From positions 1 to 64,000 of the IMG/VR virus record IMGVR_UViG_3300036453_000012: a stretch of DNA of 64,000 nucleotides, one strand, 5' to 3'. This DNA is from a virus. Its lineage: Duplodnaviria; Caudoviricetes. The position numbers were made by a program, and so were the translations under genes. Below, in pieces: positions 46,281 to 55,241 of this stretch. Under the pieces are notes generated by a model that did not search any database, was not told the origin of the DNA, and saw only the letters and a list, made by a program, of their open reading frames with translations. Numbering within the stretch: the stretch's first letter is position 1; each line of letters opens with the position of its first letter.

Positions 46281-48175
46281 CCCCTACCTTTCCCAGACTC
46301 AGGCTTGATGGCCAACATCTCTTTAAGCTTGATAGAATTATCTCCCAATGTCCGATATGTATTCTTCAAACTAGACAGGAATGAAAACACCGAATCAATG
46401 TCGTTACCTTCAGCTAATTGATTTATATTGACCCGGCTTAGGAATAGTATACGGCCTAGCTTATCTATACATTGTTCGATATCTGGTTGATATTCCTCAA
46501 TGAGATCATACATATCTGGAGTCTGTAGCAACTCCGAGATGATAGTGGCTTCAGTACTTTGAGCGTCTCCTAGCTTAAGAGAGTTCTGTACATTAGGCAT
46601 GAATGATCCATTCAAACCGGTCTTAGGAACAGGGGCAGGCATTTGTCCAGGATACTCTCTGTCCGCAGCTTTAAAGTTACTATTAGCCTGCTTAGAAAGG
46701 TATACCACTAACCGCTTTTTCTCCTTAGCTTGCTTAATGAAAGACTTGGCTAAGGTAGGTTCAATATGTTCTACGCTCGCTAGTTTGTGCATTAAGTCCG
46801 CTTCAGAGCCCACTACTTTATTATTGACCGAGAACTCCACATTGTCGTATCCGATATTAATCTGGTCCCCAAGCATTGCCGCCACGGATAGCTCACTGCG
46901 CTTAGCTGCGGAATTAATACTACGTTCGAGGTGTGTGGATACGTCTTCCTTTAGTACCAATACTAGGGAAGAAAAAGGCATATAAATAGTACTCCCTACG
47001 ATAGTAGGCTTGGCTCCATAGTTTCTAGATGCACAAATATTATTAATAAAATGAGGAGCGCCAGCTACGACGTGCACTGAAATTTCTACTCCAGTACTAC
47101 CGTGAGTTACTCTTTTGGCATTAAACACCCCAAGCAAGTTAGCGTCAGTATCTATAACTGCGAAACATTCTCCTGAACTTAAATCTCTAGGTAGAACAGG
47201 TGGATTGTTAGAGAATAAAGTATCTAGTACCATTTTACGATCTAGCTTACTACCTACTGAAATAAAAGATTGACCGACAGCGTAGGCTCCGTTAGTAAAT
47301 AATGCAACCGACTGAGTACTTGAGTTAGTGCCTAGATCCATTATTTTAGGAATAAAAGCTTCTCTAGCCTGCCCGTTACCTAGGACTAGTTCGTGGTCGG
47401 AATTACCGTCAAGATTAGTAACCGAGGTAAATTTAGTATTCTCACTATTTTGTAATACTGCAACTCTGCTAGTACCCGCAGATTGTTCGCCTCTGGCAGA
47501 ATATCCATCTTCTAAAATAGCTGCAATTTCCCCGGAAGTCAGATTTGAAGAAGATCCAGTCACAATTGAAATAGGGCTTTGGTTAGTCACTCTAGCCATA
47601 CTAGAACTGGCTGTTGGAGATTTTAATGCAGCAAAAATATCTCTAATAGCGAATAATTTATTCAGCTCTTCATATACAGATTTCTCTTCCGCCACCTTAG
47701 TTAAAGTAAATTCTTTTAAGTATTCCGGCATAGACGCTAGAAAATCACCAAGCCTAGACGTAGATGCATATGCAAATTTACCTGTTCTAGGAGGGGTTAT
47801 GAGGTTAGTTAAGTCAGGGTTGGCCTGAACCCCCGCAGGGATCTTAACTCCTTTACCTTGGGTTTCTTGACTTGCAGTTAGGATAGACATAACTGTTTTT
47901 TTAGTCAAAGGAAAGAACTGCCCTGTAGAAGTTTTAAATACGCTATCGATAGGATATATATTTTCTGCCTTACTTATTACCGGAACGTAGAATAAATCCA
48001 ATCCTGTTCTAAGGATAAATACGCCGACCTTTATATCAGTAGCCTGAGGGAGATCCTCGGATATGTCCTTGTAGCTGACTATGTTATTACCCAGCTCAGG
48101 GGCTACTTGTAAAAACTTAGCCAGAGCCAACGGATAGATGTCAACTTCTTGTGTCTGATTTGCACTTTGATCCAC
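46277..48175 (-). CDS. Large virion structural/core protein
   Basis: 632 aa; GKFA, TKVA, HKLA, IKQA, SKQA sites; late motif upstream. Confidence 0.6.
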   Translation of the reverse strand: MDQSANQTQEVDIYPLALAKFLQVAPELGNNIVSYKDISEDLPQATDIKVGVFILRTGLDLFYVPVISKAENIYPIDSVFKTSTGQFFPLTKKTVMSILTASQETQGKGVKIPAGVQANPDLTNLITPPRTGKFAYASTSRLGDFLASMPEYLKEFTLTKVAEEKSVYEELNKLFAIRDIFAALKSPTASSSMARVTNQSPISIVTGSSSNLTSGEIAAILEDGYSARGEQSAGTSRVAVLQNSENTKFTSVTNLDGNSDHELVLGNGQAREAFIPKIMDLGTNSSTQSVALFTNGAYAVGQSFISVGSKLDRKMVLDTLFSNNPPVLPRDLSSGECFAVIDTDANLLGVFNAKRVTHGSTGVEISVHVVAGAPHFINNICASRNYGAKPTIVGSTIYMPFSSLVLVLKEDVSTHLERSINSAAKRSELSVAAMLGDQINIGYDNVEFSVNNKVVGSEADLMHKLASVEHIEPTLAKSFIKQAKEKKRLVVYLSKQANSNFKAADREYPGQMPAPVPKTGLNGSFMPNVQNSLKLGDAQSTEATIISELLQTPDMYDLIEEYQPDIEQCIDKLGRILFLSRVNINQLAEGNDIDSVFSFLSSLKNTYRTLGDNSIKLKEMLAIKPESGKGRG

Positions 48176-48213
48176 GAATTAATCCTTAATAAAGTTATGA
48201 CTTATTTTAAACG

Positions 48214-49029
48214 TTAACAATCGGGAAAGCTAAGCTTAGTTCCGCTTGCTTTAGTTTTGATAGGGCCCCCTGGATAAATAGAGTTAGGGGTTACGGTGTC
48301 TCCAGTAGCAGCTAGAGATACCCCCTCTGCAGACATGCCATTATTAGCTATTTGGTAGCTACTACCACGTATAATTTTATTAGCGTAGCGTTCCGGAGTC
48401 ATTCCAAGCCCGTCCGACGCTCCTATTATTCCCAAATACGCAGAAACTGCCGCAGTTAATCTATTATTAAAAATACCTTTTTTAACTAAGTTATCGACAT
48501 ATATAGATCTGTACTTCCCCTCTAGGACTATTAACCCAGCCAATATTTGATTACGAGTATTCCCTAGTAAGATAGTGGACACATTCATTCCAGGATCTAA
48601 TATCAAGGGGGCCGCTAAGTCAGGCCTAAGTCTTTGAATCTCACTCTGACCCCCGGGACTGGCACCCTTAGTAACATAATATCCGGTTACTTGAGCTAAA
48701 CCAAATGCAGCTATAGAGTCGGTAATGTTCCCCCGCTCTTCAGCGGTCCCCATATTATATTTATTCTTAATAGCGGACCAGGATATTACTTTATTAATAT
48801 GAGACTTGGGGTAAGTTATACCTCTTCGTGGTTTAAAACTACTCTCCGTATATATTAACGACATAATGATATTAACTATGTCAGTCTCTCTAGCTAGTGT
48901 ACTGGAGAAACTAGTCTGCAGTATTTCTTTTATCTCCTCTCTCACTATTTGTTTAAAAGAGGAGTTGGTAGTCACCGATACAGGATTAGACTGTAGATTA
49001 CTAGTACTTACCATTTGGACTTTCTCCAA
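48214..49029 (-). CDS. Lytic transglycosylase (SLT-like)
   Basis: IYTESSF (catalytic E), FGLAQV, SAYLG. Confidence 0.7.
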   Translation of the reverse strand: MEKVQMVSTSNLQSNPVSVTTNSSFKQIVREEIKEILQTSFSSTLARETDIVNIIMSLIYTESSFKPRRGITYPKSHINKVISWSAIKNKYNMGTAEERGNITDSIAAFGLAQVTGYYVTKGASPGGQSEIQRLRPDLAAPLILDPGMNVSTILLGNTRNQILAGLIVLEGKYRSIYVDNLVKKGIFNNRLTAAVSAYLGIIGASDGLGMTPERYANKIIRGSSYQIANNGMSAEGVSLAATGDTVTPNSIYPGGPIKTKASGTKLSFPDC

Positions 49030-50833
49030 ATTCTGTACCCATGATGTACGGGGTAATAGGATCTGAACTATGGATAGGGCTTTCCTCGTTTAGGGCTGCA
49101 GCTTGCGTAATAGTGTCTTTAAGCTTTGAGAACGCTAGTTTAGAAATCCAGTTCTTATCTAAAAGTTTAGCGGTTTGCAGACCAGGCACTAAAGGTATAA
49201 ACTTCATTTTGGTAGGGGATACCTCTACTTCGGTTACCCCGTGAGACTTAAGGTCCTGAATATGATTGTAGTCCAGTAGCGTACCCGCTGTAACATTGAG
49301 AACTCCATCCGCTAGAACTTTGCCCTCGGCCCTATCTATGGTTACTTTACCCTTATTGTGCTGAAGATACTTATTAAGATTGCCTATGGTTACCTTATCT
49401 CCTGGTAGGTACCCTGTTTCACCGGGATCTAAAATCTGCACATACTTAATAAGATTACTAGCTACGACTTCGAAGTGTCTAGGATCCAACCCTGCTTTGT
49501 AAATATCCCTTAGTTCATTGGCTAAGTATTCCCGACCCGCACCGAGCCCTCGTAGAGTTACTAATGTCCTAGGGTTAATAGTGCCTGTAGAGAGCCTCTC
49601 GCCTTGTTTAATCGGACTACCTACTTTATGTATTACTTTTTGAGCGATAGGTACGAAGTGACGAACTTCATTTACAAAAACTAAATGGTCTCCAAGAGGT
49701 GTTTCGGTTATTTTACTGATTACACCATTATTGTTGGAAATAGTAGCCTCATCTTGAAAGTTTTGGGCCGGATTATTCAATAGGTTAGCAGCCTGAGTAT
49801 ACGCGTTACCCTTACGCTCACCCACCGTAGCCCTATGCTTAGTACCTAGCATAGCTTGAGTAAGTACCTCTGAGATAGATTGAGCGGCGATAACTCCAAC
49901 GTTCTCCCCTATGGTTGCAATCTTACCGCTGGCCATTAACCCGTAGCATTTTTTGCAAACACCTTCGTGGGCTTCACATGTAAGAGAAGACCTGACTTTT
50001 ACTAATTTCTTACCTGACATTTTTAATTCAGAGATATAATGCTCATCTATTTGAGTATTGGTACCGGCTTCGAATCGACCTAGTATAGCCTTAGTATCTT
50101 CAACCTTATGCATGATGCCGTTTTTAGTAAAGCAATCATCTATGGTGATAACTGTGCCAAACAAAGTAGGGCTAATACGTTTAAACAAAGCTCCCGGAAG
50201 TGACGTGGATAATTGGGCGGATACGGTGGACGCTCGACCCATGTACGACAGGGCTAACTGTTCAGCAGGGGACATGCCTTGAGCGAAGGAGCTCTTAATT
50301 ACTAATGGGACTAAATCTCCGGTCAAACCTGCAGACATTAGCGGAGTCGAGGTACCAACTGCTAATTGAGAAGGATTTCCTCGGGCCCCGGTCTTAGCCA
50401 TCTTACCAACCATAGATCCTTTGGCTAGTAGAAAGTCCAAGTTCTGTTTTTTAATAACTTCACCATAGTGAGACGTTAGATCTAGTAGCGCAGTATTCTG
50501 ATCTCCTTTAGATAGTCCTTTAGCTAGGACTGCTTTTACTTTGGAATCAAATTCCTGAATAATAGCCTCTCTCTCATCTGAATCATTTATATAGTGATCT
50601 AACGGAGTGGACGCACCTATCTCAGTAGCCTTATTAAAAAAGTGCTGACCTAGGCTGTTGATAGTATCATGAGCGTTTTCCCCACCTTTAACTAGCAGCA
50701 TGTTAATCATGCTAGCCATACCGTCTTTATCTATAGTTCGATATAGATCAAATCCGGCTTTAGCTTCTGGAGTAGGCATTTGGCTCTTTAAAAAGATAGA
50801 GCCTGCGGTGGTATATTTTTGGGTATTAGTCAT
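49001..50833 (-). CDS. rpoC: DNA-directed RNA polymerase beta-prime subunit, C-terminal half (split gene)
   Basis: TTAGSIFL..., TGARGN, bridge-helix region, RSSLTC...VCKKCYG Zn site, GENVGVIAAQSISE..TQ...TKH trigger loop, RHFEVV; no NADFDGD. Confidence 0.92.
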   Translation of the reverse strand: MTNTQKYTTAGSIFLKSQMPTPEAKAGFDLYRTIDKDGMASMINMLLVKGGENAHDTINSLGQHFFNKATEIGASTPLDHYINDSDEREAIIQEFDSKVKAVLAKGLSKGDQNTALLDLTSHYGEVIKKQNLDFLLAKGSMVGKMAKTGARGNPSQLAVGTSTPLMSAGLTGDLVPLVIKSSFAQGMSPAEQLALSYMGRASTVSAQLSTSLPGALFKRISPTLFGTVITIDDCFTKNGIMHKVEDTKAILGRFEAGTNTQIDEHYISELKMSGKKLVKVRSSLTCEAHEGVCKKCYGLMASGKIATIGENVGVIAAQSISEVLTQAMLGTKHRATVGERKGNAYTQAANLLNNPAQNFQDEATISNNNGVISKITETPLGDHLVFVNEVRHFVPIAQKVIHKVGSPIKQGERLSTGTINPRTLVTLRGLGAGREYLANELRDIYKAGLDPRHFEVVASNLIKYVQILDPGETGYLPGDKVTIGNLNKYLQHNKGKVTIDRAEGKVLADGVLNVTAGTLLDYNHIQDLKSHGVTEVEVSPTKMKFIPLVPGLQTAKLLDKNWISKLAFSKLKDTITQAAALNEESPIHSSDPITPYIMGTEFGESPNGKY

Positions 50834-50851
50834 ACCCTATTTTAATGAGAA

Positions 50852-50881
50852 TTCAACGAAAGGCCCTTTTATTGGTATAAG
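50852..50881 (+). promoter_or_regulatory. Phage bipartite promoter
   Basis: TTCAA-N16-TGGTATAAG, then CAGGG/CCCTG hairpin. Confidence 0.75.
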
Positions 50882-50908
50882 AGAAGTACAGGGAAATTAT
50901 ACCCTGCA

Positions 50909-51601
50909 ATGCAACTCTGCCAGGAATTTTATAGCATGAATAACACTAACGTAGTTGAAGTTAAAGCGGTTCCTGCAGGTCTGGTTCATCCCCGGTCCAG
51001 GATTTATGACTGCTTCAAATCCCGCCCAACATCCGCATTGACCACGACCCAACTGTGTAAGATCCTTCAGCCCGAAGGATATACTTATTCCCAAGTCCAC
51101 AATGCGGTACAAGACTTAAAGAGAGAGGTACACCTCGAGGAAATCTCTGGAAGTGGTCGCAGCGGAGATCCTCTACGATTGGCCCTGACTGAGATAGCTA
51201 CTCGATACGTAGCTACTGGCAAGTATCCTCGTAGCAGATCCAAGATGGTAGTTGCAAAGGAAAAGTACCTGAAGGCTAAGGGGGTCGCTGAAAAGTTGAA
51301 ACTTATCAACTCCTCTCCGAAGCACCCCTCAAAGGGGGGCAATACTATTCAGACGGAGATACTCCGCCTTCATAAAGGCGAGTCACGGCTGCTGGAAACA
51401 CCTGTGGGACCTATCACCAAGGTCTCCGTAGATTCCCTCCCAGTTGTGAACACCCCTCCTGTTACTAAGGGGGTCTCCGCTCCGGGGAGGGCCCTACCAC
51501 CCGGCCTTCAAATCCTCTGGCGCGGACAGGTAATGTCCATTCCAGAGTTAAAGGAGTTACATAAGGAGCTGAGTAGTATCAGCTTCTTGTTCTCGGAGTA
51601 A
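50909..51601 (+). CDS. Winged-helix DNA-binding-like protein (monocistronic)
   Basis: ALTTTQLCKIL...YSQVHNAVQDLKREVHLEE; own promoter and terminator (51607-51638). Confidence 0.5.
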   Translation: MQLCQEFYSMNNTNVVEVKAVPAGLVHPRSRIYDCFKSRPTSALTTTQLCKILQPEGYTYSQVHNAVQDLKREVHLEEISGSGRSGDPLRLALTEIATRYVATGKYPRSRSKMVVAKEKYLKAKGVAEKLKLINSSPKHPSKGGNTIQTEILRLHKGESRLLETPVGPITKVSVDSLPVVNTPPVTKGVSAPGRALPPGLQILWRGQVMSIPELKELHKELSSISFLFSE

Positions 51602-51654
51602 CTAGTAGAAGCGGCCCCTTACGAGCCGCTTCTTTTTTCATATAAAGGAATATC

Positions 51655-52734
51655 ATGTCAGTAGAGATAAGTGTAACCAATACCCAGTCAATCCCCGTTA
51701 TCGACGCTAAGCCTATTGAGCGTAGATATTACCAAGAGTACACTCAGAGATTATTAACTTTTATAAAAAAAGTAAATACCACTACTAATCAATTTACCTC
51801 AGTAATTAACCAGTATCCTACTAATGGATTTTATAAAAGTATAGATATATTTAGCGATATCCTAGGATGGGACTACAGTGCCCTAGAGACGTTTAAGAAT
51901 AACCTGATGAATCCTAAAAATCTCAGCATACCAAGTTCACTGGTGCACACTGAAGATGGCTCTATTCTGTCTTTTATATGGGAAGAAGTTAAAGTAAACA
52001 TAATTTACGCTACCCCCTTTTACAAACAGCTATTAGACTGGAATATAGGGGGGCTTATATCAGTAATTTCAAAAGATATGGGTTTGGTCATAAATAGCAA
52101 AGGATTAGGAGTTACTTTAGATAAGACATTTTATCTACTAACTAACGATTTGTATGTGTACTTACAAATGTTCTTTCATACCAGCTATCTTCCAAATTTT
52201 GCAGATCAACCATCCATGTATCGTTGGGTTACTACCTCTAAGTATTTTAATCAGGAGTCATTTTTAACGACTGACCCTATCCCCGTATCTGATATAGATA
52301 CTATTCGAGGGGTAGACTATTCCTCGTTTAAAGAGTTTATTTCTAAGCCAGGTACACAGTGCTCTGACTACAATTTTCGAGCGGAGGGTAGCTCAAAGCC
52401 TTGGGTGGATCACTTGATTCGTAACTATCCAGATTCAGTTAATACGATTAGAAAAATCGAGGAGGAACTAAAGATCCAGGCATTATTATTTTCTAAAATT
52501 AACCCAGAACTAGTAGCAGGTTGGACGAATATTCCTAAAAAAAGTGACTCAGTTAAGTTTATTAACGATTTTAAAAAAGAGTTTAGTAAGGACTCTGACT
52601 ATAAGATGTTTATCCTCGAAAGCTTACCTAGTACTATTAAAAATAGGATTCTTAAATTTAAGGATACTCTAGTTATCTCGAGTCAGGCACCCGCAGTCTC
52701 TCCTATTCACCCCCAACTACCAACACAGGAATAA
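51655..52734 (+). CDS. Divergent nucleotidyltransferase-like protein
   Basis: NIGGLISVISKDMGLVINSKGL and SKYFNQESF resemble a phage NTase family seen near RNA ligases; catalytic DxD unclear. Confidence 0.4.
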   Translation: MSVEISVTNTQSIPVIDAKPIERRYYQEYTQRLLTFIKKVNTTTNQFTSVINQYPTNGFYKSIDIFSDILGWDYSALETFKNNLMNPKNLSIPSSLVHTEDGSILSFIWEEVKVNIIYATPFYKQLLDWNIGGLISVISKDMGLVINSKGLGVTLDKTFYLLTNDLYVYLQMFFHTSYLPNFADQPSMYRWVTTSKYFNQESFLTTDPIPVSDIDTIRGVDYSSFKEFISKPGTQCSDYNFRAEGSSKPWVDHLIRNYPDSVNTIRKIEEELKIQALLFSKINPELVAGWTNIPKKSDSVKFINDFKKEFSKDSDYKMFILESLPSTIKNRILKFKDTLVISSQAPAVSPIHPQLPTQE

Positions 52735-52736
52735 TC

Positions 52737-53876
52737 ATGAAAACGATTGAGTATCTTAAAGAGCACGGCCTAGCTAGACTCAAAGAAGAGTTGTTCATAA
52801 AGGTCAAAGAATATGATGAAGGTTTGATCGTATTGAACTACGACCAGATATATTCTCCAAAAGCTCACCCTGTTGTCATAGAGTGTCGAGGATTAATCCT
52901 GGATAAGGAGTTTAACGTAGTGTCCAGAGCCTTTGACAGATTCTTTAACTACGGGGAACAGCCAGAGACACAGGCACATATCGATTGGGATAAGGCCGTG
53001 CTATACGAGAAAGTGGATGGCAGCCTTATTCGTATCTACTGCTGGAAAGGAGTCTGGTATATCGCTACTCGCGGCACAGCTTTTGCCGAGAGCGAGGTTA
53101 ACGGATTTGATATTAGCTTTAAAGACTTAGTGTTTAAAGCTTTGAATCTACACGACACCTTAGCCTCCCATACTGACGAAGTGTACGCCTCTAAAGAGGA
53201 TCATTTTCAATATGGATGCAATGAATGTTTACTACCCGATACTACTTATATCTGTGAAATAACAAGCATGGAGAATCGGGTAGTAAAACGTTATGATGAC
53301 TACACGCTGCATTATCTGGCGGCTCGTAGTAATACTACCTTCGAATACGTAGACGCATCTCGCCCTATGGCTGAGCTAGGTGCTACGCCGATAAAACAAT
53401 TTTCTTTTAATAATTGGGGTCACTGTAACCAGACCGTCAACGAATTGAAAAACTTGGATGAAGGTTTTTGTCTTTACCAAGACGGCATTCCCGTATGTAA
53501 AATCAAGAGTCCTTTATACGTAAAAGTACACTTGATTAAAGGCGAAGGTCTTAATCCTAAGCGTATTGCGGAGTTGGTAGTGCAGGGAGAATACGAGGAA
53601 TACCTTACGTATTATCCCGAAGATCGCAAATACCTAAATCCCTCAATTGATGCGGAGGTTACTCTGAAAGAGGAGATTGAAAAAGCTTGGTTTACTAATA
53701 GAAATTTAGCTACTCAGAAAGAGTACGCAATGGCCGTAAAAGATCATGCGGGTTCAGCAGTTCTGTTTTATCTTCGTAAGAACCCTGAGTATTCAGTGGA
53801 TCAATCCTGGGCGTGTCAAACTGAGCTTTACAAAGTACGATTGATAATGGAGAGTGTAGAATTATGGAGAATGTAG
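52737..53876 (+). CDS. rnl1: T4 Rnl1-like RNA ligase
   Basis: ECRGLIL, FDRFFNYGE, YEKVDGSL, EGF..Y...KIKS. Confidence 0.9.
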   Translation: MKTIEYLKEHGLARLKEELFIKVKEYDEGLIVLNYDQIYSPKAHPVVIECRGLILDKEFNVVSRAFDRFFNYGEQPETQAHIDWDKAVLYEKVDGSLIRIYCWKGVWYIATRGTAFAESEVNGFDISFKDLVFKALNLHDTLASHTDEVYASKEDHFQYGCNECLLPDTTYICEITSMENRVVKRYDDYTLHYLAARSNTTFEYVDASRPMAELGATPIKQFSFNNWGHCNQTVNELKNLDEGFCLYQDGIPVCKIKSPLYVKVHLIKGEGLNPKRIAELVVQGEYEEYLTYYPEDRKYLNPSIDAEVTLKEEIEKAWFTNRNLATQKEYAMAVKDHAGSAVLFYLRKNPEYSVDQSWACQTELYKVRLIMESVELWRM

Positions 53877-53877
53877 A

Positions 53878-54750
53878 ATGAAAGCGACCATATGTATAGG
53901 GGTTTCTGCATCGGGAAAATCTGTATGGGCTTCGGCCCAGTCTAAGTATACAGGGGCTATCGTAACTAATAGAGATGATCTTAGGTTTTCTCTGACCGGC
54001 AGTAAAGGGTGGGGGGATTTTAAGTTTAATAAGCAAATAGAATCTATTGTTACAGATATTCAACGGGCTACAATTACTAGCTGCTCCGTCTTGAAAAAAG
54101 ATATTATCATAGCGGATACTAATCTTAACGAGAGATTTCGTGAAGAGCTAATAGTATTCCTGCGGAGTAAGGGATTTCAAGTAGAGCTCAAGCCGTTTCA
54201 CGTCACCTTAGAGGAGGCGTGGAGACGTGATAGTTCTAGGGGTAACGGAGTGGGTCATGATGTAATTTCTCGTCAATACAAGGACTGGCTCAAGTACCTT
54301 GGCAGGAAAGTCTACGTACCCGACTTGACTTTACCCAAGGCTGTTATATTTGATATAGATGGGACTTTGGCGCACATGAATGGCCGCAATCCTTTTCAAT
54401 GGGAGAAGGTCGGTACTGATACGGTGGACGGGCATATTGCCGGACTATTAGACTACTACCAAAAAAAGGGACATAGGATTATCCTTGTAAGTGGCCGGGA
54501 CTCGGTATGCAAGGAGGAAACCGTATGTTGGTTGTCCAAACATGAACTTACTTACTACGAACTATTCATGCGTCCTGCAGGGGACTCTCGGAAAGACACA
54601 ATAATCAAGGAAGAAATTTTCTGGGATAGTATCGCCCCTAAATATAACGTCGAAGTAGTATTCGATGATAGACCTTGTGTTGTTCGTATGTGGCAAGAAC
54701 TCCAGATCCCTAAGGTAATTGCAGTAGGGGATCAGAGCGTTGAATTTTAA
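53878..54750 (+). CDS. pseT: Polynucleotide 5-kinase/3-phosphatase (PNKP)
   Basis: GVSASGKS P-loop, NRDDLR, FDIDGTLA, SGR, FDDRP. Confidence 0.93.
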   Translation: MKATICIGVSASGKSVWASAQSKYTGAIVTNRDDLRFSLTGSKGWGDFKFNKQIESIVTDIQRATITSCSVLKKDIIIADTNLNERFREELIVFLRSKGFQVELKPFHVTLEEAWRRDSSRGNGVGHDVISRQYKDWLKYLGRKVYVPDLTLPKAVIFDIDGTLAHMNGRNPFQWEKVGTDTVDGHIAGLLDYYQKKGHRIILVSGRDSVCKEETVCWLSKHELTYYELFMRPAGDSRKDTIIKEEIFWDSIAPKYNVEVVFDDRPCVVRMWQELQIPKVIAVGDQSVEF

Positions 54751-54766
54751 TCAATAGGAGAATCGA

Positions 54767-55174
54767 ATGAAAGAAGAACAAGTTAGGGCCATATTTCTAC
54801 TAGCAGGAGTAGAAGTGCGATCCCTGTACGAAATCAAAAATAAGTATTGGCCACCAACCTATGTCGATTTAATAGCTGCGCACCCTTGGTGGCTCGTTAG
54901 CACTGATAAAGGTCTGATAGAAATTGGTTGGAGGAAGCGGGTTATAAGTATCGATTGGAAAGATACTGGGGTGACTCTACCGTTGGTAAATCCGAACTCT
55001 GCACAACTAGAGCGTTCCGAGATTACCTCGGATGCCACTACTACTTGGCCTACCGGAGTACACGCTTGGACTTATGGTAAAGCTGTAGATTATCTGAAAG
55101 TATTATTCAAGGAGATTATTCCTAGAAAAGAATGGTTGGATAGTCAGAAAGAAGCAGTTATAGTAGTAGCATAA
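54767..55174 (+). CDS. Hypothetical protein
   Basis: 135 aa; AGGAG SD; WWLVST..GLIEIGWRKRVI. Confidence 0.75.
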   Translation: MKEEQVRAIFLLAGVEVRSLYEIKNKYWPPTYVDLIAAHPWWLVSTDKGLIEIGWRKRVISIDWKDTGVTLPLVNPNSAQLERSEITSDATTTWPTGVHAWTYGKAVDYLKVLFKEIIPRKEWLDSQKEAVIVVA

Positions 55175-55241
55175 CTGTAGTGAAGTAACAACCCTCACTA
55201 CCATTGCGGTAGTGAGTTTTTTACCTATAGAGAAAATTTAA

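Noticed and set aside
49380-49410. NKYLQH in the RNAP subunit as a packaging tag
   Set aside because: Lacks the K-[IV]-A ending and lies within a folded domain
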